64,000 nucleotides of DNA from an uncultured Gemmatimonadales bacterium (lineage in GTDB: Bacteria; Gemmatimonadota; Gemmatimonadetes; Gemmatimonadales; Gemmatimonadaceae): NCBI GenBank assembly GCA_963707505.1, contig CAVPQB010000003.1, forward strand, positions 288,001 to 352,000, given 5' to 3'. The notes beneath the pieces were generated by a model. The model was not told where the DNA came from and did no database searches. It saw only the letters and a program-made list of their open reading frames with translations. Below are positions 10,440 to 19,509 of the stretch, one piece after another. The translations under genes were made by a program, and so were the position numbers. Every line of letters begins with the position of its first letter. Position 1 is the stretch's first letter.

Positions 10440-11494
10440 CCTGCTGACAACTCCGCGACGCTGGCTTCCGACAGTCCGATTACCAGCATCGCCATGTCGC
10501 GCGCATACCTGTCGGCATTGTCGAGCGCTTCTGAAAGCGCCTGCTTGCCCGCGGGCCCCGTCGAAGCCAGTGAAAGCCCAGCACGGAAGCGAACCCACCA
10601 GTTGCTGTCGGTGAGCGCGCGAGACAGCTCCTGCACCGTGCGCTCGTCCGTCGAGCCCGACAGCGCACGTGCCGCCTGCGCGCGCACGCGCCAATCCGAA
10701 TCGCGAAGCATCGAGAGCAACTTCACCTGAACGGTGTCTCCCGATCTTCGGCGCAGCACGCGCGCAACGGCGACGCGCACTTCCGGGTGCGGATGCGTCG
10801 AAAGACTTGCGATACGCGTCATGCAGTCCGCGTCATTCAGTACGGCCGCGGCATGGATGTACGCATACAGTTTATGCGGCGGCGCGTCTGCGCGGATCCG
10901 CGCAAGCAGCATCGGGCCGGCCAGTGACGCGTACCCCTGCAATACACTGAGCTGATATGCACGCACCGCTGACGATGCGGACGAGAGACCGTCGATGACA
11001 GCGATGAGCAACTCCTCATCGGCGTAGCGTTTCAGGCACGTGGTCGCCGCGCTCTGTACGGCAGGGTGGGAGTCCGACAGTAACTGCAGGATCCTGGCAC
11101 TATCCTGCGCGCTCGCTAGAAGAGAGAGCGTGCGCGCCGCAGCCAGTCGTTTCCACCACAACAGCGAGCCAGCGCCGTCGATCGCCTGACGCACCCACGG
11201 CTCGCGTCGCAGCATGTCTACCAGCGCGTCGCGCTCGGCGGGATGCACGCGCTCCAGTCCGAGCCAGACCAGGGCCTGCGCGGTGTCGGCGTTCGACGCA
11301 CCCCGCAGCGCGCTGAGCACTTCAGGCGCGCCGAGTGCGCCGGAGAGCAGCCGTCGTGCATTGCCGACGCCTTCGTGAGCTCCCGCACCGGCCATGCTCG
11401 CGCGCGATCGCCGCGCGTAGTCGAGCGCCCCAGCCAGCACGGCCAAACCGATCTGCGACAGGCCGATTACGACTCCAACGAAGCCGTAGGTCAA
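10436..11494 (-). CDS. HEAT-repeat protein with N-terminal TM
   Basis: Repeated D/HxxxxVRxxAAxAL units (HPEVRVAVARVL, DWRVRAQAARAL, NWWVRFRAGLSL). ATGA overlap with the GT2 gene. Start uncertain. Confidence 0.85.
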   Translation of the reverse strand: MTYGFVGVVIGLSQIGLAVLAGALDYARRSRASMAGAGAHEGVGNARRLLSGALGAPEVLSALRGASNADTAQALVWLGLERVHPAERDALVDMLRREPWVRQAIDGAGSLLWWKRLAAARTLSLLASAQDSARILQLLSDSHPAVQSAATTCLKRYADEELLIAVIDGLSSASSAVRAYQLSVLQGYASLAGPMLLARIRADAPPHKLYAYIHAAAVLNDADCMTRIASLSTHPHPEVRVAVARVLRRRSGDTVQVKLLSMLRDSDWRVRAQAARALSGSTDERTVQELSRALTDSNWWVRFRAGLSLASTGPAGKQALSEALDNADRYARDMAMLVIGLSEASVAELSAG

Positions 11495-11606
11495 CTCGAA
11501 CGACCGTTCGAACGGCGGTTTGAAAAGGGTCGCTGACCAGGCTTTGACATCGGCTCAAATATGCCAGTCTGGCGCAATGGGCGTCACCCCACAGCGTGGC
11601 CGAATT

Positions 11607-12812
11607 CTAGTATCGCGGCAGCGACGGATCGACGTCGTTGGTCCAGCTCACGATTCCGCCCGCCACGTTGGTGACGCGCGTGAATCCCTGTCCTGCCAAC
11701 TGCTCGGCGGCGCGCATGCTGCGGACGCCTGCCTTGCAGTACAACACGACTTCACGCGAGCGATCCCAGTCGCGGCTCGCGGCGCCTATGGTACCGAGCG
11801 GTACCAGGCGTGCGCCTTCGATTCGCGCTATCGCCCATTCGGCGGGCTCTCGGACATCGACGAGATCGAAGTCGTCGCCACGCGTGATTCGCGCAGCGAG
11901 CTCGGTAGCGGATATCTCATGAATCATCGCTGCTCCGTCATTGGAATCCGAATTTGCCGTTGGCATGGCGCATGAGGCGTCATCGTAGTCCGGTGCACGG
12001 TCGTCGAGGCTCCGAATCGTCGCGCCCCCTGCTGCCGCGTCGCCACACGCGGGGCACGCCGGGTCGCGGCGGACGCTAATCGAGCGAAACGTCATGCCGA
12101 GCGTTTCGATCAACAGTAGACGTCCCACCAGAGACTCACCGATGCCTAAAACCAGCTTGAGCGTCTCGACTGCCTGGATGGTTCCAACGAGTCCAGGGAG
12201 CACGCCGAGAACTCCCGCTTCGGCGCAATTTGGAATGAGACCGGCCGGCGGCGGCTCGCGGAAGAGACAGCGGTAGCATGGGCCGTTCTGCGCGCCGAAG
12301 ACAGAGGCCTGGCCTTCGAAGCGAAATATGCATCCGAACGCGTTCGGCTTGCCGAGCAACACCGCCGCGTCATTGGTCAAATACCGCGTCGCGAAGTTGT
12401 CTGTTCCATCGACGACGATGTCGAAGTCACGCAGAATTCCGAGGGCGTTTCGTGGGTCGAATCGCGTATTGAACGGCTCTACATGTACGTGCGGATTCAC
12501 ATCGTGGATACGATCGCGCGCCGAATCGAGCTTGGAGCGTCCGACGTCGGACGTACCGTGAAGAATTTGCCGATGAAGGTTGGACGCGTCCACGACGTCG
12601 AAGTCGACCAGGCCCAGTGTGCCGACGCCGGCGGCCGCTAGGTACAGTGCGCTGGGCGACCCGAGGCCACCGGCACCGATCAGCAGAACGCGCGCGTTCT
12701 TGATGCGGCGCTGCCCTTCCACTCCGACCTCGTCAAGGATCAGATGGCGCGAATAGCGCAGAATTTCTTCCGCGCCGAGCGTCGGAAGTGCGTCGCTGCC
12801 TGTCATGCTCAT
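11607..12812 (-). CDS. moeB: MoeB/ThiF adenylyltransferase fused to rhodanese (MoeZ-type)
   Basis: RYSRH, GAGGLG, SNLHRQ, DGTDNF, PCYRC, CPAC, plus C-terminal rhodanese DVRE...YCKAGVRS. Confidence 0.93.
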   Translation of the reverse strand: MSMTGSDALPTLGAEEILRYSRHLILDEVGVEGQRRIKNARVLLIGAGGLGSPSALYLAAAGVGTLGLVDFDVVDASNLHRQILHGTSDVGRSKLDSARDRIHDVNPHVHVEPFNTRFDPRNALGILRDFDIVVDGTDNFATRYLTNDAAVLLGKPNAFGCIFRFEGQASVFGAQNGPCYRCLFREPPPAGLIPNCAEAGVLGVLPGLVGTIQAVETLKLVLGIGESLVGRLLLIETLGMTFRSISVRRDPACPACGDAAAGGATIRSLDDRAPDYDDASCAMPTANSDSNDGAAMIHEISATELAARITRGDDFDLVDVREPAEWAIARIEGARLVPLGTIGAASRDWDRSREVVLYCKAGVRSMRAAEQLAGQGFTRVTNVAGGIVSWTNDVDPSLPRY

Positions 12813-12834
12813 GATGACATCCCGCCATTAGTGG

Positions 12835-13809
12835 TCACGTGCGCAACCGTTCATTGTACAGTTGCGCCGCGCCAATTGTTGCGCCGCGCGGCTCCGCTGC
12901 AGTTACAAAGGCTTCGGCAATCACGCCCGCGGATCGCCAGGCATGCTGTGCAGCATCGCGGACCCTCTCTGCTACATCGCGGCGCGCGACGGCGACGATC
13001 GCCGAGCCTGACCCGCTGAGTGTCGCGCCGATCGCGCCCGCGTCAATTGCTGCGGCGGTGACGACGTTGTATCCATTGATCAGCGAGCGCCTGAACGGAA
13101 CGTGCAGCACGTCGTCCAGCGCAGGGCCAAGAATGCCAGCGTCTGCTGTTTGGAGGCCGGCGATCAACGCGGCGGCGCGGCCGGCGGCGTTCACCGCCAC
13201 ATCGTATGGAACGGTCGCGGGAAGTGCCGCGCGCGCAACCGATGTTCGTACCTCGAAATCAGGAACCAGAAAGACGAAGCGCAGCGATGGATGCACCGCG
13301 ATCGGCGTCGAGCGGTAGCGATGTGCGGACGTGCGCACGCTGAGCACCGCACCGCCAAGCGTCGATGGCGCGGCGTTGTCCGGATGTCCCTCCAGCGATG
13401 CCGCAATGTCGATAATCGCGGCATGATCGAGATCGCCGTCGAGAACCTCATTCGCGAGCAACGCGCCGGCGATCACGGCCGCCGCAGACGATCCCAATCC
13501 GCGGGCAACGGGTATGTCGGAGGTTGCAAATATCTCTACGCCATTCGGCGTCGGGCGACCGAGCACAGCACAGGTCGCGACGAATCCGCGCCAGATGAGA
13601 TCGTCCGCGTGCGCGCAATTCAATCGCGAGAGAGTGCCCTCGCGCGTGACGACGACGGGCGAGTCGTTTGCATGGATACGCGCGCCGACGCTCAGCCACC
13701 TGTCGATGGCCATGCCGACCGCGTCGAAGCCGGAGCCAAGATTCGAAGTTGATGCGGGAACGCGCACGCTGAACTCGCGTACGCCGAATTCGCGCACACG
13801 ACTCGTCAT
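12835..13809 (-). CDS. thrB: Homoserine kinase
   Basis: VPASTSNLGSGFD, PVARGLGSSAAA, EGHPDN, SGSGS. Confidence 0.92.
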   Translation of the reverse strand: MTSRVREFGVREFSVRVPASTSNLGSGFDAVGMAIDRWLSVGARIHANDSPVVVTREGTLSRLNCAHADDLIWRGFVATCAVLGRPTPNGVEIFATSDIPVARGLGSSAAAVIAGALLANEVLDGDLDHAAIIDIAASLEGHPDNAAPSTLGGAVLSVRTSAHRYRSTPIAVHPSLRFVFLVPDFEVRTSVARAALPATVPYDVAVNAAGRAAALIAGLQTADAGILGPALDDVLHVPFRRSLINGYNVVTAAAIDAGAIGATLSGSGSAIVAVARRDVAERVRDAAQHAWRSAGVIAEAFVTAAEPRGATIGAAQLYNERLRT

Positions 13810-15461
13810 GTCAGCTCGGCAGTGGCGAGGAACCGCGGAGCACGCCGCACCTTGCTCTTTTGCTCAAATGCATACGCGAGCTTGAGCAACATCGGCTCGC
13901 TCCACGCCGGACCAAAGAACGAGAGGCCCACCGGGAGCCCGAACGAATATCCCGCCGGCACAGTGATGTGCGGGTATCCGGCCACGGCTGGAAGTCCTGT
14001 CGCACTTCCGCCACCGCGCGGATCCCCCTTGATCAGATCGATGAGGCTGGGCGGTCCCTGAGTAGGGGCGGCTATGGCGTCGAGATGGTATCTGGCGACC
14101 GCTGCGTCAATGCCCTGAGCACGGGAATGCTCGTGGCCTGATGCAAGCGCGTCGAGATACTTCTTCTCGGTCAGCGGCCCGCGTGCCTCGGCAGCCTCGA
14201 AGATCTCCTGGCCGAAGTACGGCATTTCCTCCGCACGGTGCGCGTTGTTGAAGGCGATGAGATCCGCGAGCGTCTTCATCGGCGATGACGGGCCGAGTGA
14301 CGCGAGATATGCGTTGACGTCGGCCTTGAATTCGTACGACAGGACATCGCCCTCGCCGTCACCCGAATTACCAATCTCGATTGGATCGATTATGATTGCG
14401 CCGGCCGATCGCATGAGATCTATTGCTTCGTTCACGATCGCGTCTGTCGCAACGCTGTACCCGAAGTAACGCTTGCGCGGAATGCCGATTCGCGCACCCT
14501 TCAATCCGTTCAGATCGAGAAACGTCGTGTAATCGCGGTGAGCGTGCGCCGCGCTGGGAGCGGTCGCGCTGTCGGCGGGATCCACGCCGGTAAGTGCGCC
14601 AAGCAAGATTGCTGCGTCGGTCACGGTGCGCGCCATCGGCCCCGCGGTGTCCTGTGAATGTGAAATCGGGATTATACCGGAGCGGCTGACCAGACCCACT
14701 GTCGGCTTGAGCCCGACGAGTGATTGCACAGACGACGGCGACGTTATCGATCCATCCGTCTCCGTACCGACAGCGACCGCGCACAAGCTTGCCGCAGCAG
14801 CTGCACCGGAGCCCGAGCTGGAACCCGACGGTGTACGATCGAGCGCGTACGGATTGTGTGTCTGGCCACCCATTCCGCTCCACCCGCTGGACGAATGAGT
14901 GGAACGATAATTCGCCCACTCGCTCAGATTTGTCTTGCCCAGTATCACCGCTCCGGCAGCGCGGAGTCGCGCCGCAACAAACGAATCACGCAACGGAATC
15001 GAATGCGCAAGCGCGAGCGAGCCGGCCGCAGTCGTCATGCGGTCGTGCGTTCCGATGTTGTCCTTGATGAGAACGGGAATGCCGTGCATTGGCCCGCGGA
15101 CGTGCCCCGACTTACGCTCCGCATCGAGCGCGGCAGCGATTTCGAGCGCATCCGGATTGAGCTGAAGCACACTTCGGAGCGCCGGTCCAGTTCGATCGAT
15201 CTCCGAGATACGCTTGAGATACATGTCGCACAGCGTATGAGAAGTGTATCGTCCGGACGCCATCCAATCCTGCAGCTGCGTGATGGTCGCTTCATCAAGC
15301 TCGAACGACGGCGGATTCTGGTGGCGCGTGTATCCACCGTCGATTACGGGGGAAGCACTCGCGCCAGTGGCAGCGGCAAGCGCGCCGGCGATTCCGACGC
15401 CGACGAACGCCCGCCGGCTGAGTTTGGAGGAAGCGCCGTCGTCGGATGATGATGCAGTCAT
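13806..15461 (-). CDS. Amidase-signature family enzyme with Tat signal peptide
   Basis: SRRAFVG twin-arginine motif; KDNI, GKTNLSEW, SGSSSGS, GTETDGSI. Confidence 0.92.
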   Translation of the reverse strand: MTASSSDDGASSKLSRRAFVGVGIAGALAAATGASASPVIDGGYTRHQNPPSFELDEATITQLQDWMASGRYTSHTLCDMYLKRISEIDRTGPALRSVLQLNPDALEIAAALDAERKSGHVRGPMHGIPVLIKDNIGTHDRMTTAAGSLALAHSIPLRDSFVAARLRAAGAVILGKTNLSEWANYRSTHSSSGWSGMGGQTHNPYALDRTPSGSSSGSGAAAAASLCAVAVGTETDGSITSPSSVQSLVGLKPTVGLVSRSGIIPISHSQDTAGPMARTVTDAAILLGALTGVDPADSATAPSAAHAHRDYTTFLDLNGLKGARIGIPRKRYFGYSVATDAIVNEAIDLMRSAGAIIIDPIEIGNSGDGEGDVLSYEFKADVNAYLASLGPSSPMKTLADLIAFNNAHRAEEMPYFGQEIFEAAEARGPLTEKKYLDALASGHEHSRAQGIDAAVARYHLDAIAAPTQGPPSLIDLIKGDPRGGGSATGLPAVAGYPHITVPAGYSFGLPVGLSFFGPAWSEPMLLKLAYAFEQKSKVRRAPRFLATAELT

Positions 15462-15559
15462 GAGTCGCTATTGAGGAAGCGTAAGCCACATCCCGCGCGC
15501 GGGGCACGATGGATGCGTTTTCAGATACTACTATTCTGCCCCAATTCCGGGAGGATGCA

Positions 15560-15787
15560 ATGGCGGACAAGGACAAAGGCGGCAAGGTGAGTCAGGCCGA
15601 CTCGACCAAGGAAAACCGTACCGACAAGGTTAGCGGCCGCAGCTTCGGCCGCGGGATGACCTCGCCCGATTCAACGGAAGCTGTCCTCGATGCCAGCACG
15701 GGCGAGGTCGATCCCAGAGCTGCGGGAGAAGGCGCACTACCGCCGGGCGAGAGCGAGCCGAATCGGAAGAACAGCAAGAAGAGCTAG
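15560..15787 (+). CDS. Small hydrophilic hypothetical protein
   Basis: GGGAGG Shine-Dalgarno before ATG (MADKDKGGK); divergent from the amidase. Confidence 0.55.
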   Translation: MADKDKGGKVSQADSTKENRTDKVSGRSFGRGMTSPDSTEAVLDASTGEVDPRAAGEGALPPGESEPNRKNSKKS

Positions 15788-15994
15788 GGACTGAACGATA
15801 GCGACTTCACAGAGCACGCGAGCGACGCGCTACGGCTCGGCCCTCTACTGAATGTGTGCGGCTGTAACGCCTGCGTTCCGAATCGCGAATGCGAGTCGCG
15901 TAGTTGATGAACAGCGGCGGGAGCTTACCTGCCGTCGAGATTTTGACCAAAGTGGTACGCTCCCAAGTACGTACGCTCTGCGCGGGCCGACGCG

Positions 15995-16048
15995 TTCGCG
16001 CTGGAGCGCGATCAGAATTCGCGCTGGAGCGCGATCAGAATTCGCGCT
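15995..16048. repeat. 23-bp tandem duplication (2 full copies plus 8 bp)
   Basis: TTCGCGCTGGAGCGCGATCAGAA at 15995-16017 and 16018-16040, then TTCGCGCT. Confidence 0.85.
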
Positions 16049-16250
16049 TGCGCATTTCCTTGAAGAACATCTCGCCACGCTCGCGTTCCTTGAGACTCGC
16101 TTCATCAATGGGATCGTCCGCGAGGTTCACGTCGTACTTCTTGCCGAAACCCTTGCGCGTTGAAGTCGCTGACGCCGCCTTCGCAGCGTTCTTCTTCACC
16201 AGAGCTTCCAGCTGCCGCTTGTCCATTTTCCCGCCGTGTTGAGGAGTCAT
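16035..16250 (-). CDS. Small basic hypothetical protein
   Basis: Lys/Glu-rich 63-71 aa ORF with typical coding bias; alternative start MDKRQ at 16226. Confidence 0.65.
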   Translation of the reverse strand: MTPQHGGKMDKRQLEALVKKNAAKAASATSTRKGFGKKYDVNLADDPIDEASLKERERGEMFFKEMRKREF

Positions 16251-16385
16251 AGATCGATCAGGTCCATCGTCCCATATGACTCATAAATCTAGACGCGGGC
16301 AACGCGCAAGGGAGCGGCCCCCGAGCCAAGTTCCCCGCCACGACTCGGCCGGTCGAACAAACGGTCCCCATGGCATGCGCAGATG

Positions 16386-17540
16386 TTACTGCACGACCAG
16401 GATTCCCACGCTCCCGCCGAACTCATCGGCCGCTACCGGAAGGCCGGGTGCTGGAACCCAGCTGCCTGAATCGGCCCGCACCTCCAGACGGTGGCTCCCC
16501 TCGGCCAGAGGGATGCGAACCTGCCACTTCCCGGTCGCGGAACGCGTCATCGGGACCGGGAGCCATGACGTGAAATCGCCCATGATCTCCACCGTCCGGG
16601 CATTTTGGAGCACGACGCTGATCATGCGCCGACCATCGTCAGCCACAGCGCTCACCGACGTACCGTGCGGAGCGGTCGGTATCGCCGGCGATCCAGCCGT
16701 CGCGTCGGACGGTCCCAGCGCGATTCGCAATCCGACGGATGTGTATGCGGCGCCCAACGTACCTCGCGTCGGATCGGCGGGCTGCGCGCCCGCGTATCCA
16801 ACGATCGAGACCGGACCAAAGAGCTGTACCGTGGCGGCGCCCATCGCCCATGCGCGCCGACCTTTCAAATCATCGGACGAGCGAATGCCGCCATCGCCGC
16901 CGATCACAACTCTCGCAGCCCCGGATGGATCACTTCCAAATGGTGCAACCTGAGCGTGAACCACAGCTTCGTTGTACCTGATCGATCCGCTCGCGAGTGT
17001 GCCCACCTCGGCGCCGAGCATCGCCGAAGCGGATCGTATGGATCCACCGATCCGTACGTGCGAGGTATTCCGCGTCGAGACCGCATCCACGCGTCCGACA
17101 CCCGCGTCGAGCCAGCCGGCCGCAGATCCTGTAGCAGAGGATCTTCCGAGCGTCAACGACGTCTCGCCGTATCGGGACGAGGCCTCGCCGCGATATGCAC
17201 CGCCGCCCGCGTCCGCCCGGATCACCGAGATGTTCCGGCGGTCCGATGACAGCGCGAACGATCCATGCAACTCACCATACCCAGTCGTGCTGCCCGTCTC
17301 GAAACGGGCGACGTTCGCGGTACCGACGCCGGAGAATCGCCCGGTACCGCCCCACAATGACGAAGCGAGATTGGTGAGCGTCGCGAGTGCGTACCCATCA
17401 ACTTTTATTGATGCAATTCCGCCCTCGAATAGCGCGCCTTTCGTGGCAGTCCGAGGGGCCAGCTGTGCACGGAGTGCTTCCGGCGCGCAGGCGCCTGCCG
17501 GCAATGCAAGCAGCGCAGCCGCGTACGCGCAGCTGCGCAC
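16386..17540 (-). CDS. Secreted beta-rich (putative outer-membrane) protein with C-terminal CBM48/AMPK-beta-like glycogen-binding domain
   Basis: Signal-peptide-like N-terminus, amphipathic beta strands, C-terminal ARTVEIMGDFTSW...GKWQVRIPLAEGSHRLEVRADSGSW...DEFGG. Confidence 0.75.
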   Translation of the reverse strand: MRSCAYAAALLALPAGACAPEALRAQLAPRTATKGALFEGGIASIKVDGYALATLTNLASSLWGGTGRFSGVGTANVARFETGSTTGYGELHGSFALSSDRRNISVIRADAGGGAYRGEASSRYGETSLTLGRSSATGSAAGWLDAGVGRVDAVSTRNTSHVRIGGSIRSASAMLGAEVGTLASGSIRYNEAVVHAQVAPFGSDPSGAARVVIGGDGGIRSSDDLKGRRAWAMGAATVQLFGPVSIVGYAGAQPADPTRGTLGAAYTSVGLRIALGPSDATAGSPAIPTAPHGTSVSAVADDGRRMISVVLQNARTVEIMGDFTSWLPVPMTRSATGKWQVRIPLAEGSHRLEVRADSGSWVPAPGLPVAADEFGGSVGILVVQ

Positions 17541-17587
17541 CCCCGCCCGGTTACGCCGGACGAAAACAGGCCAGATGGATCGATGCT

Positions 17588-18286
17588 TTATGGCTTCGGC
17601 TTGGGGGGCGCGGGTAGAGGCACGGTTTTGCCGCCAGTAAACGCAGGCTTGAAGCTGTTCACGGCGTTGGGAGTCGCTTGCATGCCAGTAATCGCTGTCA
17701 ACGGTGCAACGCCGCCCGCGATATCATGCGATACACTGCGTCCGTATGCAAGGAGACTGGAATCATCCCGTTGCCTCGCGTTGGCAACGATAGCAACGAT
17801 CGCCGATGGCGCGGGTGCCCCGTCAACTATCAGCGAGGCCAGCACCGACAGTGGGACAACGAGTTGCCTGCCCGGCAACTCCTTGCGCAGCTGAGTGAGC
17901 CCGGCTGGCGTCGATCCCGCACGCAGCGCCGCAACCGCCGCCGCGAGTTCGTTATCCGAGGAAGGGCCGAGAGCACGACGCGCGATGCCGAGGTCGTTCG
18001 CGACTCCGCGAACAGCGATCATGATCCTGTTGTCGTCTGCACCCTTGCTGATCCCTTCGAGCGTCTTGTCCACGAGTGGCGCAACCGGCAGACCGGCGTG
18101 CGCAACCGAGTCAGCGACGAACGTCACCTGGGCCTTGAGCGAAGCAGACGCTCGGCCATCCAACTGACGCAGCGCGCCGACGTCACGGGCGCCGACGCCC
18201 TGGGCGCCAGTGACGGCGCTGCTGCCAAGCGCAAACGTCACGACCGCGAGCGATACCCCGACGGTACTCCTGAATCGTTTCATCAT
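17588..18286 (-). CDS. Secreted helical hypothetical protein
   Basis: Signal peptide MMKRFRSTVGVSLAVVTFALG; ATGA overlap with the upstream gene. Confidence 0.7.
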   Translation of the reverse strand: MMKRFRSTVGVSLAVVTFALGSSAVTGAQGVGARDVGALRQLDGRASASLKAQVTFVADSVAHAGLPVAPLVDKTLEGISKGADDNRIMIAVRGVANDLGIARRALGPSSDNELAAAVAALRAGSTPAGLTQLRKELPGRQLVVPLSVLASLIVDGAPAPSAIVAIVANARQRDDSSLLAYGRSVSHDIAGGVAPLTAITGMQATPNAVNSFKPAFTGGKTVPLPAPPKPKP

Positions 18287-18852
18287 GCCGCTCCCGATCC
18301 GGCTACCGTCACTACGGAATTAGTCGCGCCGAAATCATCGCCGGGATCGCGCGGAGCCTGTGGATCCGGAACCCAACGGTGCCCATCGATTACAAATTGA
18401 TACACATATCGTCCAGCGCCGAGCGGAATGTCGGCTGCCCAGGTGTTCTTATCGATGCGACGGAGAGGTGTCGCTGTCGCATTCCAACCATTGAAGCTTC
18501 CAGCCACTGCAACCTGCGACGCGCCCGACGCAACCAGTGTAAATCGAACGGTGCTGACCGCAGAATGTGCGACCTTCACCGGACGTTGCTTCTGCGCCGT
18601 ACGCTCGACGCCGCCACCGATCACGATGAATGCGATCGCTGCGGCCAGTGCAACACCGGCGACGGAAATCGCCGCAACCACGCGATGGCTTCCGCGATGG
18701 CCTGGGCGACTGAATACACGCTCCCGCTGCACCGCCGCCATCACACGTGCATCGAATGCATCGGCGTCCACGGCGACCGGCGCGCGAAGCTGAGCGACGA
18801 ATCGCTGCTCCGCTGCGTCCAGTTCCTGTGTGCCGTCCATGTGTTCAGCCAT
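18283..18852 (-). CDS. Putative anti-sigma factor: short cytoplasmic N-terminus, TM helix, CBM48-like (isoamylase early-set) domain
   Basis: Overlaps the ECF stop. TM VVAAISVAGVALAAAIAFIVIG, then ASQVAVAGSFNGW...GRYVYQFVIDGHRWVPDP...DDFGATNSVV. Confidence 0.8.
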   Translation of the reverse strand: MAEHMDGTQELDAAEQRFVAQLRAPVAVDADAFDARVMAAVQRERVFSRPGHRGSHRVVAAISVAGVALAAAIAFIVIGGGVERTAQKQRPVKVAHSAVSTVRFTLVASGASQVAVAGSFNGWNATATPLRRIDKNTWAADIPLGAGRYVYQFVIDGHRWVPDPQAPRDPGDDFGATNSVVTVAGSGAA

Positions 18853-19441
18853 CTGCTACCTCCTGCAGGGCCGCGCGCAGAAACTCCCGCGCCCTGCTCA
18901 CGCGCATCTTCAATGCTGAGACGCCAGCGCCAGTGAGCACGGCGATCTCGTCATAGCTCAGGTCCTCGACATATTTCAGAAGAAATGCTTCGCGATGCGC
19001 CGCATTCAATCCCATCAAAGCCTGCTCGACCCGCTCTGTCGACGGGGTCGTCGTATCCAGACTGTCGGGCTCGGAATATTCCGGCCACTCGTCCACGTCC
19101 ATGCCTGTCGAAACGAACACCGCCTCGCGTCTAGCGCGGCGGGCGCCGGCAGTGCGGCAGCGGTTCGCGAGAATGCTGAAGATCCATCCTCCGAAGCGTG
19201 ACGGATCCTCGCACGTAGCGAGCGAGCGGTACGCACGCACGAACGTTTCCTGGGTCACGTCATCCGCCTCGTCGGCGTCACACAACATTCGCATCGCATA
19301 TCGCAGGAGTCTGTCCCGGTGCCGCGCCACCAACTCGGCATATGCCGCCACCTCACCACGCAGCACCCGCGCGACTGTCGCAGCGTGCCACGCACGATCA
19401 TGGGCGGTTTCAGCAGTTATCGGCATCGGCACGGAATTCAA
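18845..19441 (-). CDS. ECF-type RNA polymerase sigma factor
   Basis: Region 2 (ADDVTQETFVRAY, FGGWIFSILANRC) and region 4 (LSYDEIA...ALKMRVSRAR). Start may be GTG at 19432. Confidence 0.93.
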   Translation of the reverse strand: MNSVPMPITAETAHDRAWHAATVARVLRGEVAAYAELVARHRDRLLRYAMRMLCDADEADDVTQETFVRAYRSLATCEDPSRFGGWIFSILANRCRTAGARRARREAVFVSTGMDVDEWPEYSEPDSLDTTTPSTERVEQALMGLNAAHREAFLLKYVEDLSYDEIAVLTGAGVSALKMRVSRAREFLRAALQEVADG

Positions 19442-19509
19442 AGATAAGACCCGGGCGGACGCCCCGGCGTCACATCGCCCACACGGGCGTTCGAATCGTC
19501 ACACCCTCG

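Noticed and set aside
11497..11522. Two overlapping CGAAC-N4-GTTYG sequences resembling Gram-positive LexA boxes
   Set aside because: The HEAT gene start is uncertain and this may be coding, the LexA motif for this lineage is unknown to me, and the target is not an SOS-type gene.
11607..12812. MoeZ as E1 enzyme for the Ubl-like protein at 56558
   Set aside because: They are 44 kb apart, the Ubl lacks a C-terminal Gly-Gly, and no E2 or JAB gene is present.
15995..16048. Mini-CRISPR
   Set aside because: Repeats are directly adjacent with no spacers, and there are no cas genes.
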